Source of the DNA: Microthyrium microscopicum | Taxonomy: Eukaryota | Reading direction: 5' to 3' | DNA: 64,000 nt | Assembly (NCBI GenBank): GCA_010405405.1 | Contig: MU004233.1 | Span: forward strand, 375,067 to 439,066 | Shown: positions 26,539-39,640 of the stretch, in pieces | How the letters are laid out: every line of letters begins with the position of its first letter | Numbering within the stretch: position 1 is the stretch's first letter | Position numbers and translations under genes: made by a program | Notes under the pieces: model-generated | What the model saw: only the letters and a program-made list of their open reading frames with translations | Database searches by the model: none | Told to the model about the DNA's origin: nothing

Positions 26539-29500
26539 ACGTTGTTCTCATTTGCTGGTAGGTCCATCTTATCACGACGAAGTGCTGTCATAATGAGGAA
26601 GTGTCCACTTCGGGCGTATTTGTATCCTTATACCTTACGTCTGACTGATTGCCATGTACAGTCTAGAGCAGTATTGCCGAACACACTCGCTTGTATCACG
26701 CCCATGTAATCATGGGCCCCGTGAGCGTAACGTCGAGATCATCCGTGAGTTGAGGACTTGCCGTACATCGCGTTCCTTGGATGATTTACTGGGATCTGTA
26801 ATAGCCCAATGCTCGCCCATGTACGGCTTGCCGAAAAATAATACTTACAACATATCAGCGGACAGAGAAGGACTGACGAGAAGATGAAATCTCTCCGTTG
26901 CAACCGGTTCTCAAATGTTTTGGTAGTGTATGAAGAGATCAGACTCCATATAATTGATAGCAGTCGGATGCCCGTCATCCGAACAGTCGGCAGCAATCAA
27001 CAGTTGCGGTTCCAGGCATCTGGGTCAAAACGCATGGATCATCCACCCAACCACAATCTTGGGTGCCACGGAATATTGAAAACTGTTGTTCTCTGATTCG
27101 AGAAGGTCGGAAAGAAGATACGTATCAGCTAGTCTTCGTCTAGTATGGCTGTAAAGCGCCTCAAAGGATGCTCGGAAGTTTGAAAAAGTCTACACCTTGA
27201 ATGAATCTCGGGTCTGTTCGGTAGTTGTTTAGCACGAAGTTATCTTCTAGCACCTCCAGAGAACAATGCATCCTGCAGGGAGCTTTGGTATTCCTGGGAA
27301 GATCGAACTGCTTTTCCTGCGCAAAGCTTTGTCCAAGGATGCTGTCCAAGAGCCAAGGGAGCTGATATGCAAGAGCTTTGCGGGTGTATAACGGCAACCA
27401 GCATTCAATGCACTACCATCGTTCACCCATTGCACGCCAACCAAGGTGATAGTACGGGTGATGAAGAAATGCCGAGCTCTGGGGCCACCATCGGTTAGCA
27501 TGCGCGTTGTTCGTTGTAAACTTTCAGGTATTGACTTTGAACCTTGTCCGCTAAATATTGAGCAATTGCCCGCTGTCGCTTCCTCGCCATTACCTACCGT
27601 AGAACATGTTCTGGTATGAAGATCTAAAGGCGATTGGAGTCCATGCATGCAGGAGACGGGCTTGACAGGCAAGAGGGTGCAGGACTTGTCTCACTGTCTC
27701 ACACAAGGACCTGCCACCAAAGGGACATGGGTGCCATCACCGCAACACCATCTCCCAGCTCCTCCATGATATGATCCAAATGTTCATTTGATACCGGCAA
27801 TTGGACCCGAATTTGTAGTAAGTAGTTTGATTCTTCCTACAATCTCTTCCAAATCCCACAAACCTGGTAATCTGGACGGCTCTAGCCGCAAGCGTCCGCT
27901 CGGGATTTAGTCCTGGTGGGGGCTCTTGAATTGGATATTCGCCTAACAATAAGCGTCCCAGTAAGGTACTTGGCCTTGAGCAGTGCATGGCTCAATGGTG
28001 ACGGTAGTCCATTATGGCATTGATATGCAGCGCTGGGGCAGTACCCAAGTTTCGTTGACATATCGGAATTTGCCAACTGGTTTATGGGTGTACGGCCACA
28101 CTCTGAAGCGTCAATCTCTATACGAAGCTGGAGTTGGAACCCCCGCGTGAAATGAATGTCGATCTAAACCAGAACTAACAAAGATCGTAGATAATCTACA
28201 CCGCCTTGGTTCTGGGAAGGTAGCGAACTTAGCCGGCGCTCGTTGCCGAAGAAGCAACTTCCACGGGGCTAGCAGACGTTTTCTTCGACGGCTCAACGAG
28301 CCGTTTTTGCGCTACGCGTCTTGATTCTAACTAGCAACACCTGGCCAGAACGGAGCAACAAAGGATCGTGAGACTATCAGGATCTTTGAGTAATCTTTCA
28401 GTGTCGAGCTCGACTTCTCGAAACTTGGCCCTTGAGGTCCAAAAGGTGGATTGGTAGTTGTTGACGAACACCTGGGACTAACTACCACAATTAAAGGGAC
28501 CTGAACGCTTTTAAGCTGCAGCCGTGTATTGCGACCTCCTGTTGTACTATACAGCACAACTGACGCCCTGCTACTCTTCTCTTCCTATATGGTAGAGATT
28601 AGCGGACACTCTTGAATCGGTATGTCTGGTCATATTGTAAATCGCGCAAATTGGGTGCCAGCGTGGCAGATTGGCTCCATCGGTTCCTTGACTGAGCGCT
28701 CTTGGTGCCTAGTAGCCCTTTGCCAACACTGAACAGCCAGCGAGCCTCGCAGTATCGTTTGCCATGACAGGCTCAATCACAAATGCGATCCGGTTCGTCG
28801 ACTCACATGCAGATAGTTGAATATCAATTTTAGCCTGTTTCACTACTGCACAAGGCTAAAGAGAGCTCAACAGAGCTGCTCCCAGTCGAGTGGATCGCTC
28901 AGAATTCGACAAGGAACCCGGTCGGCCCGCTCCACAAACTTTCCACTATCAGGGCGCCTTGGGCATTCTAATTTCTGCTGGCAAGCAAGGCACGTTGAAA
29001 CGTGCCCGATCCAGGTACAGGTACGTCGCCCAAATCCACGTTCCAAAATCTTCCGACTGCTCCCAACCACCACCAATTCAGGCGACGGCTGTCTTGCGCC
29101 TTGCACGAGCGAGGCGATGATGTGCTTGAATGATTGCAATTCTCCTCGAAGGTCGAATTCTGTGTACCAAATATGCCGCACTCCTCTCACATTGATTTGA
29201 CCAAAACACGTTGCCGAGAAACTGAGCTGTAGCGACTAACGGCAACGATAGATACAATTGCTCTGTGCCGTCTAACAGTGACAACGCGAGTCCAGGTTTC
29301 CCCAGGCCTCCTGCACGTGTCACTCTTGGAGACTTGTCTATCTCGCTTACTCTATAAGCTTGTCGGGGTTGAGTGATCAGTCAAAGCCGCACCTGGTGTA
29401 AGAGTTGCACTGGCAGTTTTTATGACTGCTCGAGGTAAGAAGCTAGCTGCACTGCATCTTTCCGCCCCCTGATCGGTATTGTCCTTAGCTTGTCCTTTGA

Positions 29501-29735
29501 TCGCTTTCCTTCCAAACATCTTCTTCTAGCCTGTCAAATGATCCCCCACCTTCGTCATGTTGGCCTCTGGGTTTCGCGTCTTGTCTGGGCTTCGTGAGCT
29601 TCGCATTAGCCTATTTCGGTATGAATATGCACGCTCATCAATGTTCCTGTCTATAAAGCCCAGTATGTCTCCATATGCGCTACGACCCGAGTGTCTACAT
29701 CATCTTGCCTTATTTTTCGATCAGAGTTGACTATC

Positions 29736-31814
29736 ATGTCGAACCATCTTGATAGCGCCCCAGCTAATGCTGAAAAGAAGGCAGGGGCTCAGGCATCTTC
29801 AAAGACTAATCAGTCTTCGCCCTCTTCCCTACTACCAGCCATGGCGACCATTGAGGATGATGATGAGCGTCTATTAGCTAGACTTGGATATCGACAGGTA
29901 AGTAGAGAAGACATACTGAACATGACCCTTTTAATCCTTCATGTAGGAATTGAAAAGAGAATTCACCAAATGGTCTACAGTATCATACGCGATTTCAATT
30001 CTGGGGGTTCTTGGTTCTGTACCTGCGACAATGACAGCCCCTTTGACTGAAGGTGGCCCAGCGACTGCAGTTTGGACTTGGGCAATTGGTTCTCTCATGG
30101 CGATGTGCATAGCAAGCTCAGGCAAGTCTTCCATTGGAACAACTCGTAGCCCAAACCCAACTGACCCGCGCCAATAATAGTCGCCGAGCTGGTTTCTGCA
30201 TATCCCACCGCGGGTGGGATGTATTTCGTTACCAAACACGTTGTGCCCAAGGAGCATGTTGCAATCTGGGCGTGGATCATCGGCTGGTGCAATTTTCTTG
30301 GTCAAGCTGCTGGCGTGGCGAGTCTGGCTTATAGCATTGCACAAATGATACTTGCGGCGGTTGTGATGAACGGACCAATCGTCGACGGAAAATCGGACTT
30401 TACCCCGTAAGCACTTCTATAATCGCTCTCGGAGGGTTTCATGCTTTACTGATATACATAGATCGAACTACCAACTTGTCCTGATATCCATACTCATACT
30501 GTGCCTCTTCGGCGCAATCTGCTCATTAACAACGAAGAATCTGCATCGAGTGGTACTCTGGTTTGCGCCAATCAACGGTATGATCAATATTACCTCTAAC
30601 TTTACAGTATACTAATGTTCTCAGTCCTTGCCTCCGTCTCGATATGTATCGCACTACTGGTCCTTACCCCGAATAAGCAAAATGCAAGCTGGGTTTTTGG
30701 TGAAGTTACGGATGGGTCAGGATGGGGAAACAAGGGATTTTCATTCTTGCTAGGGTAAGAAGAGCACTTTCACCTGGAGATTCTCCCTGACTTTCGATAG
30801 ATTCCTATCCGTTGCGTGGACGATGACCGATTATGACGGAACGACACAGTATGATAGCTTTGAAATCCACTCATCTGTTCTCTTACTGACACCAAGAAAG
30901 CATGTCCGAAGAAACACATGATGCAGCCATTCGCGGTCCTGTAGCCATACGAGTGGCAATTTTGGTCTCAGGTCTTGTTGGATGGATGCTGACTGTGACG
31001 ATATGTTTCTGTCTCTCCGACTTTGATGCCATCATGGCCTCACCGACGGGCATGCCGGTTGCCCAGGTTTTTCTCAATGCTGGAGGGAAGACAGGCGGTA
31101 CTATCATGTGGTTCTTTGTCATTCTGGTTCAATTCTTCACAGGATGCTCTGCTATGCTTGCAAATGCGCGTATGGCCTATGCTTTTGCCCGTGATGAGGC
31201 ATTTCCTTTGTCCAGGTAAGACGATAGTGACGGATCAAGATGACTAAACATGCTGACGTCGTATCTTAGAGTATGGAGCAGGGTCAGTGAAACAACGACC
31301 ACTCCAGTAAACGCGGTCTGGCTGGTTGTCGCCTTCTGTACCTGTCTAAATCTCATTGGACTGGGGTCGCCGCAAACGATCAATTCTATTTTCGCTATTA
31401 CCGCCCCAGCTCTCGATCTCAGCTACATCGCAGTCATTGCAGCACGACGCATCTATGAACACCGAGTACCTTTTATCGAAGGACCATACACTCTAGGAAA
31501 ATGGGGACCTTTCATTAACACCATTGCGTGTTCCTGGGTCGTGTTCATATCCGTAGTCCTGTTCTTCCCTCCAATACGGCCAATTACAGCCGGCAACATG
31601 AACTATGCGATAGTGGTGGCTGCTATAATAGGTTTTGGGAGCTTGAGTTGGTGGTTCATCTCCGCGCGACAGTACGTATAGCAAAACCAATAGGATAAAT
31701 TGACAAGCTGACTTATCTGCCTATAGTAAATATACTGGCCCACGCACAAAAGAAATGGTAGTGGAAGTCCCTACAGAAGACCCAGAATGGGCTAGTCCTC
31801 CACAGTCTCCGTGA
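29736..31814 (+). CDS. APC-superfamily amino acid/GABA/polyamine permease (UGA4/TPO5-like), multi-exon
   Basis: LARLGYRQELKREF, AELVSAYPTAGGMY, WTMTDYDGT...MSEETHDAAIRGP, RMAYAFARD, NMNYA, YTGP; several GT-AG introns and one GC-AG intron. Confidence 0.9.
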
Positions 31815-33183
31815 AGCCATGGACAAAACCAGTCCCGGATCGGCTTCTTCCATCCTCTGGGTTCTTTGGCGAGTATCGGAAGTTTCCTTATAAGTGCTAC
31901 TGTCACAGACTCGGATTCATATGTGCATACTAAGGCCGCTCAACTCAACCTTGTGCTTCACTGTCACTTTCACAAACGTGTTGCGACCGAACCAATCCAT
32001 CAAGGGAGGAATATAAAGATGATGGCTGTTGAGACAACAACATTGGAAGAGGAAGCAGGTCACGTCCTGATGTATTCAATTCCGTTGAGCGCTTTTTGTT
32101 TAGAAGCAGATGCGGATAAGCTATGCTACGGTCACACAGGTATCAACATCTCATTGCATAGCGTTACTTAGATTTTAGAAGCATGTTCTTAGAGCTAGTT
32201 CGTCGTCTCAAAAACTTAGTATGAGAAGAATGAGCAATAATTAGTCCTCACAATCGCTGTCGCTCCACCGTCCTACCATGCTGTCCCGGGTTCACGCCGA
32301 TTGAAACTACATAACAGATCTCATCGACAGGCCTCCTGAGGACGTCCTTAACAATCTAAGCACATTCCCAATGGACCGGCTCGACGGGCCGTTGGAACGG
32401 TTCATGGCCTACGGCGCAACCTACAGTCAGTATCAACTATTCCATGCCAGATGTACTGGAGAAGGATAGATCCGCGTTGTTCCGCAGGGCAGCACCTGAC
32501 TCTGTACATCTGTAAGCCTGGGATCAGGCGTCCAGCAATAGCGTTGAAGATGGCCAGCCGCATAATGCCGCAGTGAAGCGGATATTCTTTCGCGGCCTAC
32601 ACAGTCTAGAATGGTGTGCTCATTCAGGTTCTAGATATTCAGCAGTAGGTATGCCATGCGATGGGGACGTATTGATATGCTCAATTGCCAAGATATGATG
32701 TGCCATAGCTGATGCCAGCGACGTAGTGCCAGAACCCAATACACTGAGCCGGATTTAATGAGCTTCATCAGACGGTTAGAGAAGGAAGAAAGCTCAAACT
32801 CTTCTAGACAGTCGATGTCTCGTATCGAGATCTATCTTACCGATAAAGTAAATACAAGTAGTGAACGCTGGCAACGACTGCGTATGCAAGATGCCCGATT
32901 GGGGGGTTCGGTAAAGCAAAGCAGGGAAACACCCCATGAGATCACCACCCACGATAGCTTGTCAACAACTTGGAGACGGTAAAGGTCATTTGACAGCTTA
33001 TTAATGAACGAGACAAATCGATTGTGGAATACTAACTTCATTATGTTATCAGTACTGACGTAGTGTGCTAAAACTTCCGAAATGTAGCTGGGATTGGCCG
33101 CGCAAACTAACCCTACTTATGGAAAACAGGATGGTATCATTGACGCTCGAAAACAACAACTACAGTTGGAACGCGGGTAGTAA

Positions 33184-36100
33184 TCACTTTCTCTTGCGAA
33201 ATTCGGCTGACCAGCTAATCCACTCGGTAAAGAAGTTGGGCTGGATGGATACCTTTGGATTTGAAAACCAGTTTCGTTGAGTTTGGGTATATACCTCGAC
33301 CGCTCGATCATAGTTGGATGCATCTAACGTCACCAAGCTTCTGATGACCAATGTGCTAGCTCGACTGCAGGATGTACAGTGGGCACTATGTGTTTTCTTT
33401 TGAGCCTCTGCATGAATTTCTTGGAGTAGTGTCCAAGTTGATTCAACGTCGCTTGGGGATGGATAGGTCTTGCTCTTCTGACAGGTAGAGTGTTGCAATT
33501 TCAATACATCGCCTGCTCCTTTGATAAGACTCTTGTCATTGGATGTTCGTAGGAGTTCGAGGAGAGGAACGATTAAAACGAGAGATGTGCTGTTACTCGC
33601 TTCCTTCTTCATGTAGATGCTCAAGAGGTCCAAAACTCGCCGCTTGAAGTTGATCACATTTTCTTTGGCGTTTTTGCGTTCCTTTTGCTTGCTCGCTTTC
33701 AGTCTGCGCTCTCGGAAGACTGCAGTCAATTTAGGCTCTATTTCCAGCATTTCCTCGTCATCCATGGATGCACCATCGGAGTCCTCGTTACCATTGAGCA
33801 GGGCATCTGCGCGAGACGTTTTGAGAGCCTCTGCAAGCTTGAGCTCAAAGTCTTGAAGTTCTTCGTCAGGTGAATCGTCGTCGTTATCCTCTTCCGAATC
33901 GTCATCGCTGTCTTCGGAAGATTCTGCTCCTCCGGTAGCGTCGACCATCTCAACGTCCGAATCAAGCTCGTCTTCGCTATCATCGCCATCCGATCTGTCA
34001 TCTTGTTCAGCAAATAGCTCCTGCTGGCCTGCCAAAGTTTCTGGTTGTCTCAGAATGGTGATAAGTGAATCCAAGCCGTCTTCAGTGATGTAGCTTGTGA
34101 TGGATGAGAACACCTGGGTAGCCATAGTGCGGAACAGAGCTGAGGGTTTGGACAAGAAACTAAGCAGAATTTCGAGAACTTGGTCGTATTTTCGCTCATT
34201 TGATACTTCTTCCTCTGGAAAAGCTTCATTTAGTTCTTGAAGAACGGCTATCGCATCTGGCTCTCCTGAATAGGCTTGTATCAACGTAAGAGAGAAAAGC
34301 AGCAAAATAGCCTGGTTGGGTATTTCCTTCTCTTCGGTAGGCGATATGCTCGACAACGCTTTGGCCTTGTTGTACGCTTCCTTGATGGTCTTATGCACCT
34401 CCTTTTCCGCGTCTAGTATAAGCTGATGGTCCTTGTTTGATTTGGTAATATTGTGTAGCTGGTGGACCACAAACCAAGGCCACTTGCTAGGATTTTTCGT
34501 TTCAGACAGCGTGAAAGCTAAGCAAGACGATAATCTAGAGTGGAACATTTTTCGACTGGATGCTGATATTTCAGGTCGTGGAGTTGCGGACTCTGCTCCT
34601 TCGTCCCGAAGCTTGCAATATGCATGTTTCAGGTACAACGATAACACAGGCTTGATAGATGATTTGGACTGCGGGTCATCGATTGCCTCTTTCACTCGTC
34701 CTCGATAGCTTGCGAGGAGTAAATCTGCGAGAGCTTGACGAGCATTTTCTGCAGCTTTTTGGTCCTTGCTTCTTTGCTTTTGTATGAAACCATCAAACAG
34801 GTCTACTATTTTAGCAAACGATTTTGGACTAGCAGCAACTATGATTTCTTCCAGGGTTTTGGTCTTCGTTAGTTTGTCGAAAAAGATAGATCCAGGCTTC
34901 GTCATCAAACCGGCAACCACCTTGTCTGCAATGTCGGGAGAGTTCTTCACTCTGCTCTTCAGCTTTCTTAGAGCGTCCGCAGCTGCCTCATGAAGTGTTT
35001 TGTCCTCGCTGCTTTGATTGTTGATTGTATGATAAAGAAAGCTTGGTTGAAATAGGAATCGAATGGTCCATTCTGGTGCAGTTTTGATCATTTTAGTAAA
35101 TAGTTGGAACCCCCAGAATCTTCGTTCCTGCGAGGATTTCTCGGTCATCAATCCATCTGAGTTATGTTAGTTGTGTATCACTGGAGCTTTGATCGAAAAC
35201 TTACTGTCCACAAGCCCGGTCCAGATGGATCTGAATTTGTTGGCCTCTGCTTCCTTGGGCGAATCCGTGTCTTCTGGGTCTGACACTTCAATTGCCCGAG
35301 CGAGAACAACTTCCCAAGAGAAATTGACTGACTGTTGCCAATGTCCTGATTTTGCTTTTCCATTTTCAGAGTCGACAGGCTGCTTTGTGTCAATCTGATC
35401 ACGCATAGCCTTTAGCAACTGTGATCTGTTATCTGCATGGAGAGGATCATCATGAATCCATGCACTCGCAGGAAACTTCAATGTGGAATTTCCCTTGGTG
35501 GTTTGAGCCGTCAGCCAAATTGCCACTCCTTCAGGTGTCTTCAGAATTGCACCGGAAGCCAGCTTCTCGACACAAATCTGAATGAATTTCGCAGAGTCCT
35601 TCTCCTGAGAAGCCGTTTTGATCGCTTCGACAATAACCATGCCACATTCTTCTCGAATCCAAGATACTGATTTTGCGAGATTGAATACGATCTCAAGCAC
35701 CTGGTCTAGCAACTCCATGGACTTTGCTTGTCGTAGAATGGAAGACTCAATCATAGATTTGCATGCATACAGTCTTCCAAAATGGTGATCTCGTTTCTCC
35801 TAAAGTTGGTTTAGCAAGGATTCTCGGGGTATTTTTTCGAACCACCAACCTGGCCAGCAACTTTGCCTTCTGGGCGAGTCGACTTTACAATCAGCGGGAC
35901 AAGTTCCTCCAACGTCATCATGTTAAGAATAGCATGTTGGCTTTTGGGTCCATACAACTGTCGAAGTAGTTCGGTAAGGGCAACAAAGAAGCCATAACGT
36001 GCAGCTTTTCGTCCACTGCATAGACCGCGAATCAATCTCGTAATGACCTTTTCAATGGTTTGAGCACTTGGATTTTTTTCTGGCGCCAGCTCTTGCAAGA

Positions 36101-36305
36101 AATCTTTCGCAGCTTGAAGTCGAACATCTGAAGACTCGTCTGCAAGCTCGTCGTATATGCGCGCGAATGCTTGATCCTGCTCCGTAAATTGACGTTTCCG
36201 CACTGGAATACTGGATGGCGATTCTGGTGTTTCATTGCTGGTATCTCGAAGCCGTTTACGGCCCAGCTCCACGTTGTTTGCGTTCTCTGTAAGCGACTTG
36301 GCCAT
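33184..36305 (-). CDS. POL5: DNA polymerase phi / Pol5 (MYBBP1A-like ribosome biogenesis factor), multi-exon
   Basis: RLIRGLCSGRKAARYGFFVALTE, WIREECG, ERRFWGFQLF, FDKLTKTKT, acidic tract, MDDEEM...FKRRVLDLL. Confidence 0.9.
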
Positions 36306-36383
36306 AATGTGCGAGTAAGTTCGTGAAATAAACTCAGATTGGTGTTATGAATTGACAAAGACAAAAAAAAGTAGACCAAGGCT

Positions 36384-36409
36384 AAAATTTCATTGATGAT
36401 CAAGATAAG
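36384..36409. promoter_or_regulatory. RRPE-like and PAC/GATAAG-like motifs upstream of POL5
   Basis: AAAATTTCA (TGAAATTTT on the minus strand) and GATAAG within ~100 bp of the start; fits a ribosome-biogenesis promoter, but the motifs are short. Confidence 0.3.
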
Positions 36410-37356
36410 ATTGGCTTAGGCCTGCGCACGGACGTGTTTTTCAGAAGCTAACCAATTGGGAACTAGCTCACTACTGTATCACAATGTATGTCTTGGCGCG
36501 TTTTGATTGGCTCGTGCTACCAGTTCAGCCTTGTCGCAGCGTTTTCCAAAGAAGATATAAGGCACATTGGATAATGAAGGCCAATCAGTCCTTGCTTTGA
36601 AAGAGACCTTGTCTCGCTCCATGGAGCGATAGGCAATCGATAATCAACATGAATCCCGTGCCTTCAACAGCCTCGCAAGCTGCTGTTTGCTACGTCCTGC
36701 TATTGGCTGCTTTATGTTCCATCACATGCGATGAAGACTTGCGTGAACGATCAAACTGATCTGTGATATATAGAGCTTTTATTCTGCGATTGAAGAGCTG
36801 CGCAAGAGCAAAGGTAGACCCTTGAGCCAAACCTTGGAAGATGCTTTGGTGGGCGAGAACTGCGTTAATCGTCCGGCTTAGCTTTTGAACTCTGGCGCTC
36901 AAATGCTAAACTGCTGATAGTATCTGGCTGAAATTGACAGAGGTTTAGACGTGAACTGCTAGCTGGACACTGCAACGCGACGTGGTTTGGCTGGGGGAGT
37001 CTAGAGTCGAGACGCTTTGGGGCAACAGAAGAGGGGGTGGCGATGGCTGGGCTGGGTTGCAGCCCCCTTCTCCCACCTCCCAAGGTCCACGACTCCATCA
37101 CGGCAATTGAATTACACCCCCTCCAAAGCTCCAACGTGCTTCGTGACATCCTTTATGTACGCATGTATACTTTCGCGCCTTGCGTGAAGTAGCCTTGCAA
37201 AAGTGCTGCATCTTCAAAGACATCGGCTTTTGATATAAGCCATCCACGGCTGAATCTCACGATATCCTCCACCAGCAGAACAACGCCACGATACTGGTCG
37301 TTGACATAGAGCTCACGTATTCGTCTAACATTGCAAAAACTTCTATCACGGCTATT

Positions 37357-38595
37357 ATGTCTTCGCATCCTCAAATAACAAAAGAGTTTACTCAAAGTCT
37401 CTTCGTTCATGGGAACGTCAATGAAAAGCTCAGCCCTTTCTACTTTCTTGTCTCTCGATATGGCTGCCCCAATGTCTCTGCATTCTCTTTCTTTATGAGT
37501 CTACCAATCGAGTTGCGCATGACCGTCTACGAAAAGTGTGAACCAGCAACACTTTGGACGCTCATGCGGACCAGCTCACAAATCAGAAGCGAAAGCCAGA
37601 CCTTTTTCTGGGCGCACAAGGAGCCTTGGTATCTTCTGGATATCCCTTTCTCTTTACAACACACTCAGGCTCGGTATCATCAGTTGATTTGTCCCGATTT
37701 CGCTGCTCGTGTAGAAAAAGTCGAAATACCAGCCAAAATACCAGCCGACCATCTATGGAATCCGATTCTAGGAATTCTAAGACTGCAGTACAGCGAATGC
37801 AATGGCACCATGAAAGACTCTTGGAGGATATTTCAGACATATTTTCCAAAGGCTAAGAGAGTTTTGATTACCCTGCGAACCCGCTGGGATGACGAAATAC
37901 TCGAATCCCTGGATACCTTTGTTAAGCAGACGCCGCCAGGCATAGAGCTACTTGTGTCTAGCATCGCCTATGACAGCAGTGAATCTAGAAAAAGAAGGCA
38001 GCTCTGGAAACGATCCTCTGGTCAAGACCATCTGCAGTGGAAATCCGTGGATGACCATTGGCAAGCGCATTCTATCTTCATGCCCTGCAGGACGCTTGAT
38101 GGGATAGCTGGTCGTTTTGTTCGACATTGCTACTATCATGAATGCTACCACATCGAGAGAGATTCTTGGAAAGTGCTTGCACGAGATATGGTTATGAAAA
38201 GGTACTTGGCTCCAGGATCCGAAGGCCAATCGCTCACTTGTCCCCGCGAAGGCTGCGTTGCAGAACTTAAGAACGAACGCGAATGGATAGAACATTTCTC
38301 CTGGAGTTTCGACGAAACTCATAGTGCCCCAAAGTATGAAGACTACGCGACTCTTTTGCCAGAGGCCGAATATCAACCATTTCTACGACTTTTAAATACA
38401 GCAGAAAATGACCCTAAAATGTGCTGCCAGAACATTTTCGATCCACATGAATATGGGTTTGAAACATGGAAACGGTGCATGCGGGATTTCTTTACCAATG
38501 TTTGGGATGATCCACCGCTTCATGTTGGTCAGGGTCTGAATTCTGGGACGTTGTTCAGGGCCTTTCGATGTTATGTCCGCGCTCTTTATTTGTGA
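37357..38595 (+). CDS. Hypothetical protein with N-terminal F-box-like motif, 412 aa
   Basis: FFMSLPIELRMTVYE...LWTLMRTSSQIR; C-terminal CPxxxC...WIEH zinc-finger-like motif. Confidence 0.65.
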   Translation: MSSHPQITKEFTQSLFVHGNVNEKLSPFYFLVSRYGCPNVSAFSFFMSLPIELRMTVYEKCEPATLWTLMRTSSQIRSESQTFFWAHKEPWYLLDIPFSLQHTQARYHQLICPDFAARVEKVEIPAKIPADHLWNPILGILRLQYSECNGTMKDSWRIFQTYFPKAKRVLITLRTRWDDEILESLDTFVKQTPPGIELLVSSIAYDSSESRKRRQLWKRSSGQDHLQWKSVDDHWQAHSIFMPCRTLDGIAGRFVRHCYYHECYHIERDSWKVLARDMVMKRYLAPGSEGQSLTCPREGCVAELKNEREWIEHFSWSFDETHSAPKYEDYATLLPEAEYQPFLRLLNTAENDPKMCCQNIFDPHEYGFETWKRCMRDFFTNVWDDPPLHVGQGLNSGTLFRAFRCYVRALYL

Positions 38596-38611
38596 GCCAT
38601 TGGCAAAACTC

Positions 38612-39046
38612 ATGAGGTATTACAGGGATGATGATTTGCGGCCAAACTCTATCTTAATGCCTTGTAAAAAACTCCGTGGCATTGCTGGCGCATTCATCAA
38701 ACACAACTACTACGCCTTTTATCACGATCTGGAGCTTGCGGGTATTTTAAGAGTTGCACACAGTCTAGTCGCACAAAGATAGTTCTGTCCAGATTCGCCG
38801 CTCCGGTCTATCAAGTATGTTCGTGTGGGACGTTTTAGCCCCATAATGTCCGAAGATGAATGGTACAATTACCTGTTTCACGACGTCAACGTCACCCTCT
38901 ACGGCTGGTTTGGCCATGAGAAACTTGCATCGCTTTTGCCCGAGCCCAGGTACCAGCCCTTTCTCCAGCATCTCTACGTATTAGAACAGGCGTCAGGCAT
39001 GGATACAAAGAGAGCTAGAAGAAATGCAGCCTTCGATCCATGCTAA
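38612..39046 (+). pseudogene. Partial tandem duplicate of the 3' half of the F-box-like gene
   Basis: SILMPCKKLRGIAGAFIKHNYY vs SIFMPCRTLDGIAGRFVRHCYY; LLPEPRYQPFL vs LLPEAEYQPFL; single in-frame TAG at 38780-38782. Confidence 0.7.
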
Positions 39047-39640
39047 TTCGGTATCAGAACAATAACCCAGGGCAGGACGGAATTTCTCAAATATTTGCTC
39101 GAAGATCCTTATTACTGTGAAGGTCGCAATGACTTGAAATATTCGCTCTATGGAGCTTTCAGAGAGGTTGCACAGGGCATATATCACTAGGACAAGCAGC
39201 TGATACTGAGATGAGGATTGACAAGTTCGGGTTGGAGTCAGGTCTTCTCTTTCGTGCGTAAACCAAACCGGCTGTTGATTTTGAGCTCTGCCTAAGAGAT
39301 AACGGTTTTGAAGGTGGTCCGGTCCATCTTCACTCTCGTGTCGTCAGGGGCAATACGTAAGAGTGTGCAAAAGAACGTATGGCAAGCGGGCTTACGGCTT
39401 GAACTTGTCGACTCTTGCTATGGGCGATTTCACTGCGGACATCGACTATTTCAGGTCTATTCGCTGGGATGGAGATGGAGGTCTCTTGTGAGCAGGACGA
39501 TGTCCAAGACAAAACGGCGCGCAACTCGGAGGAGGTTGGAACCAATTGGGGGAATTGATGGTCGTTTTACAAGCATGATATGTGCAATAGCCAGCAGGTC
39601 GAGAATTGTGCTCATAGCCCTGCAGCAATTCCACGTTAAT

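Noticed and set aside
26650..29330. Possible decayed NB-ARC/TPR (NLR-like) gene on the minus strand (AGGLGKPGLAL ...NVFW at ~29200-29320; GLNPERTLAA at ~27900)
   Set aside because: The P-loop lacks GK[ST], there is no convincing Walker B and the fragments lie in different frames; it would need a TBLASTN/HMM hit
31866..33100. Short ORFs between the permease and POL5
   Set aside because: No recognisable family or coherent splice model
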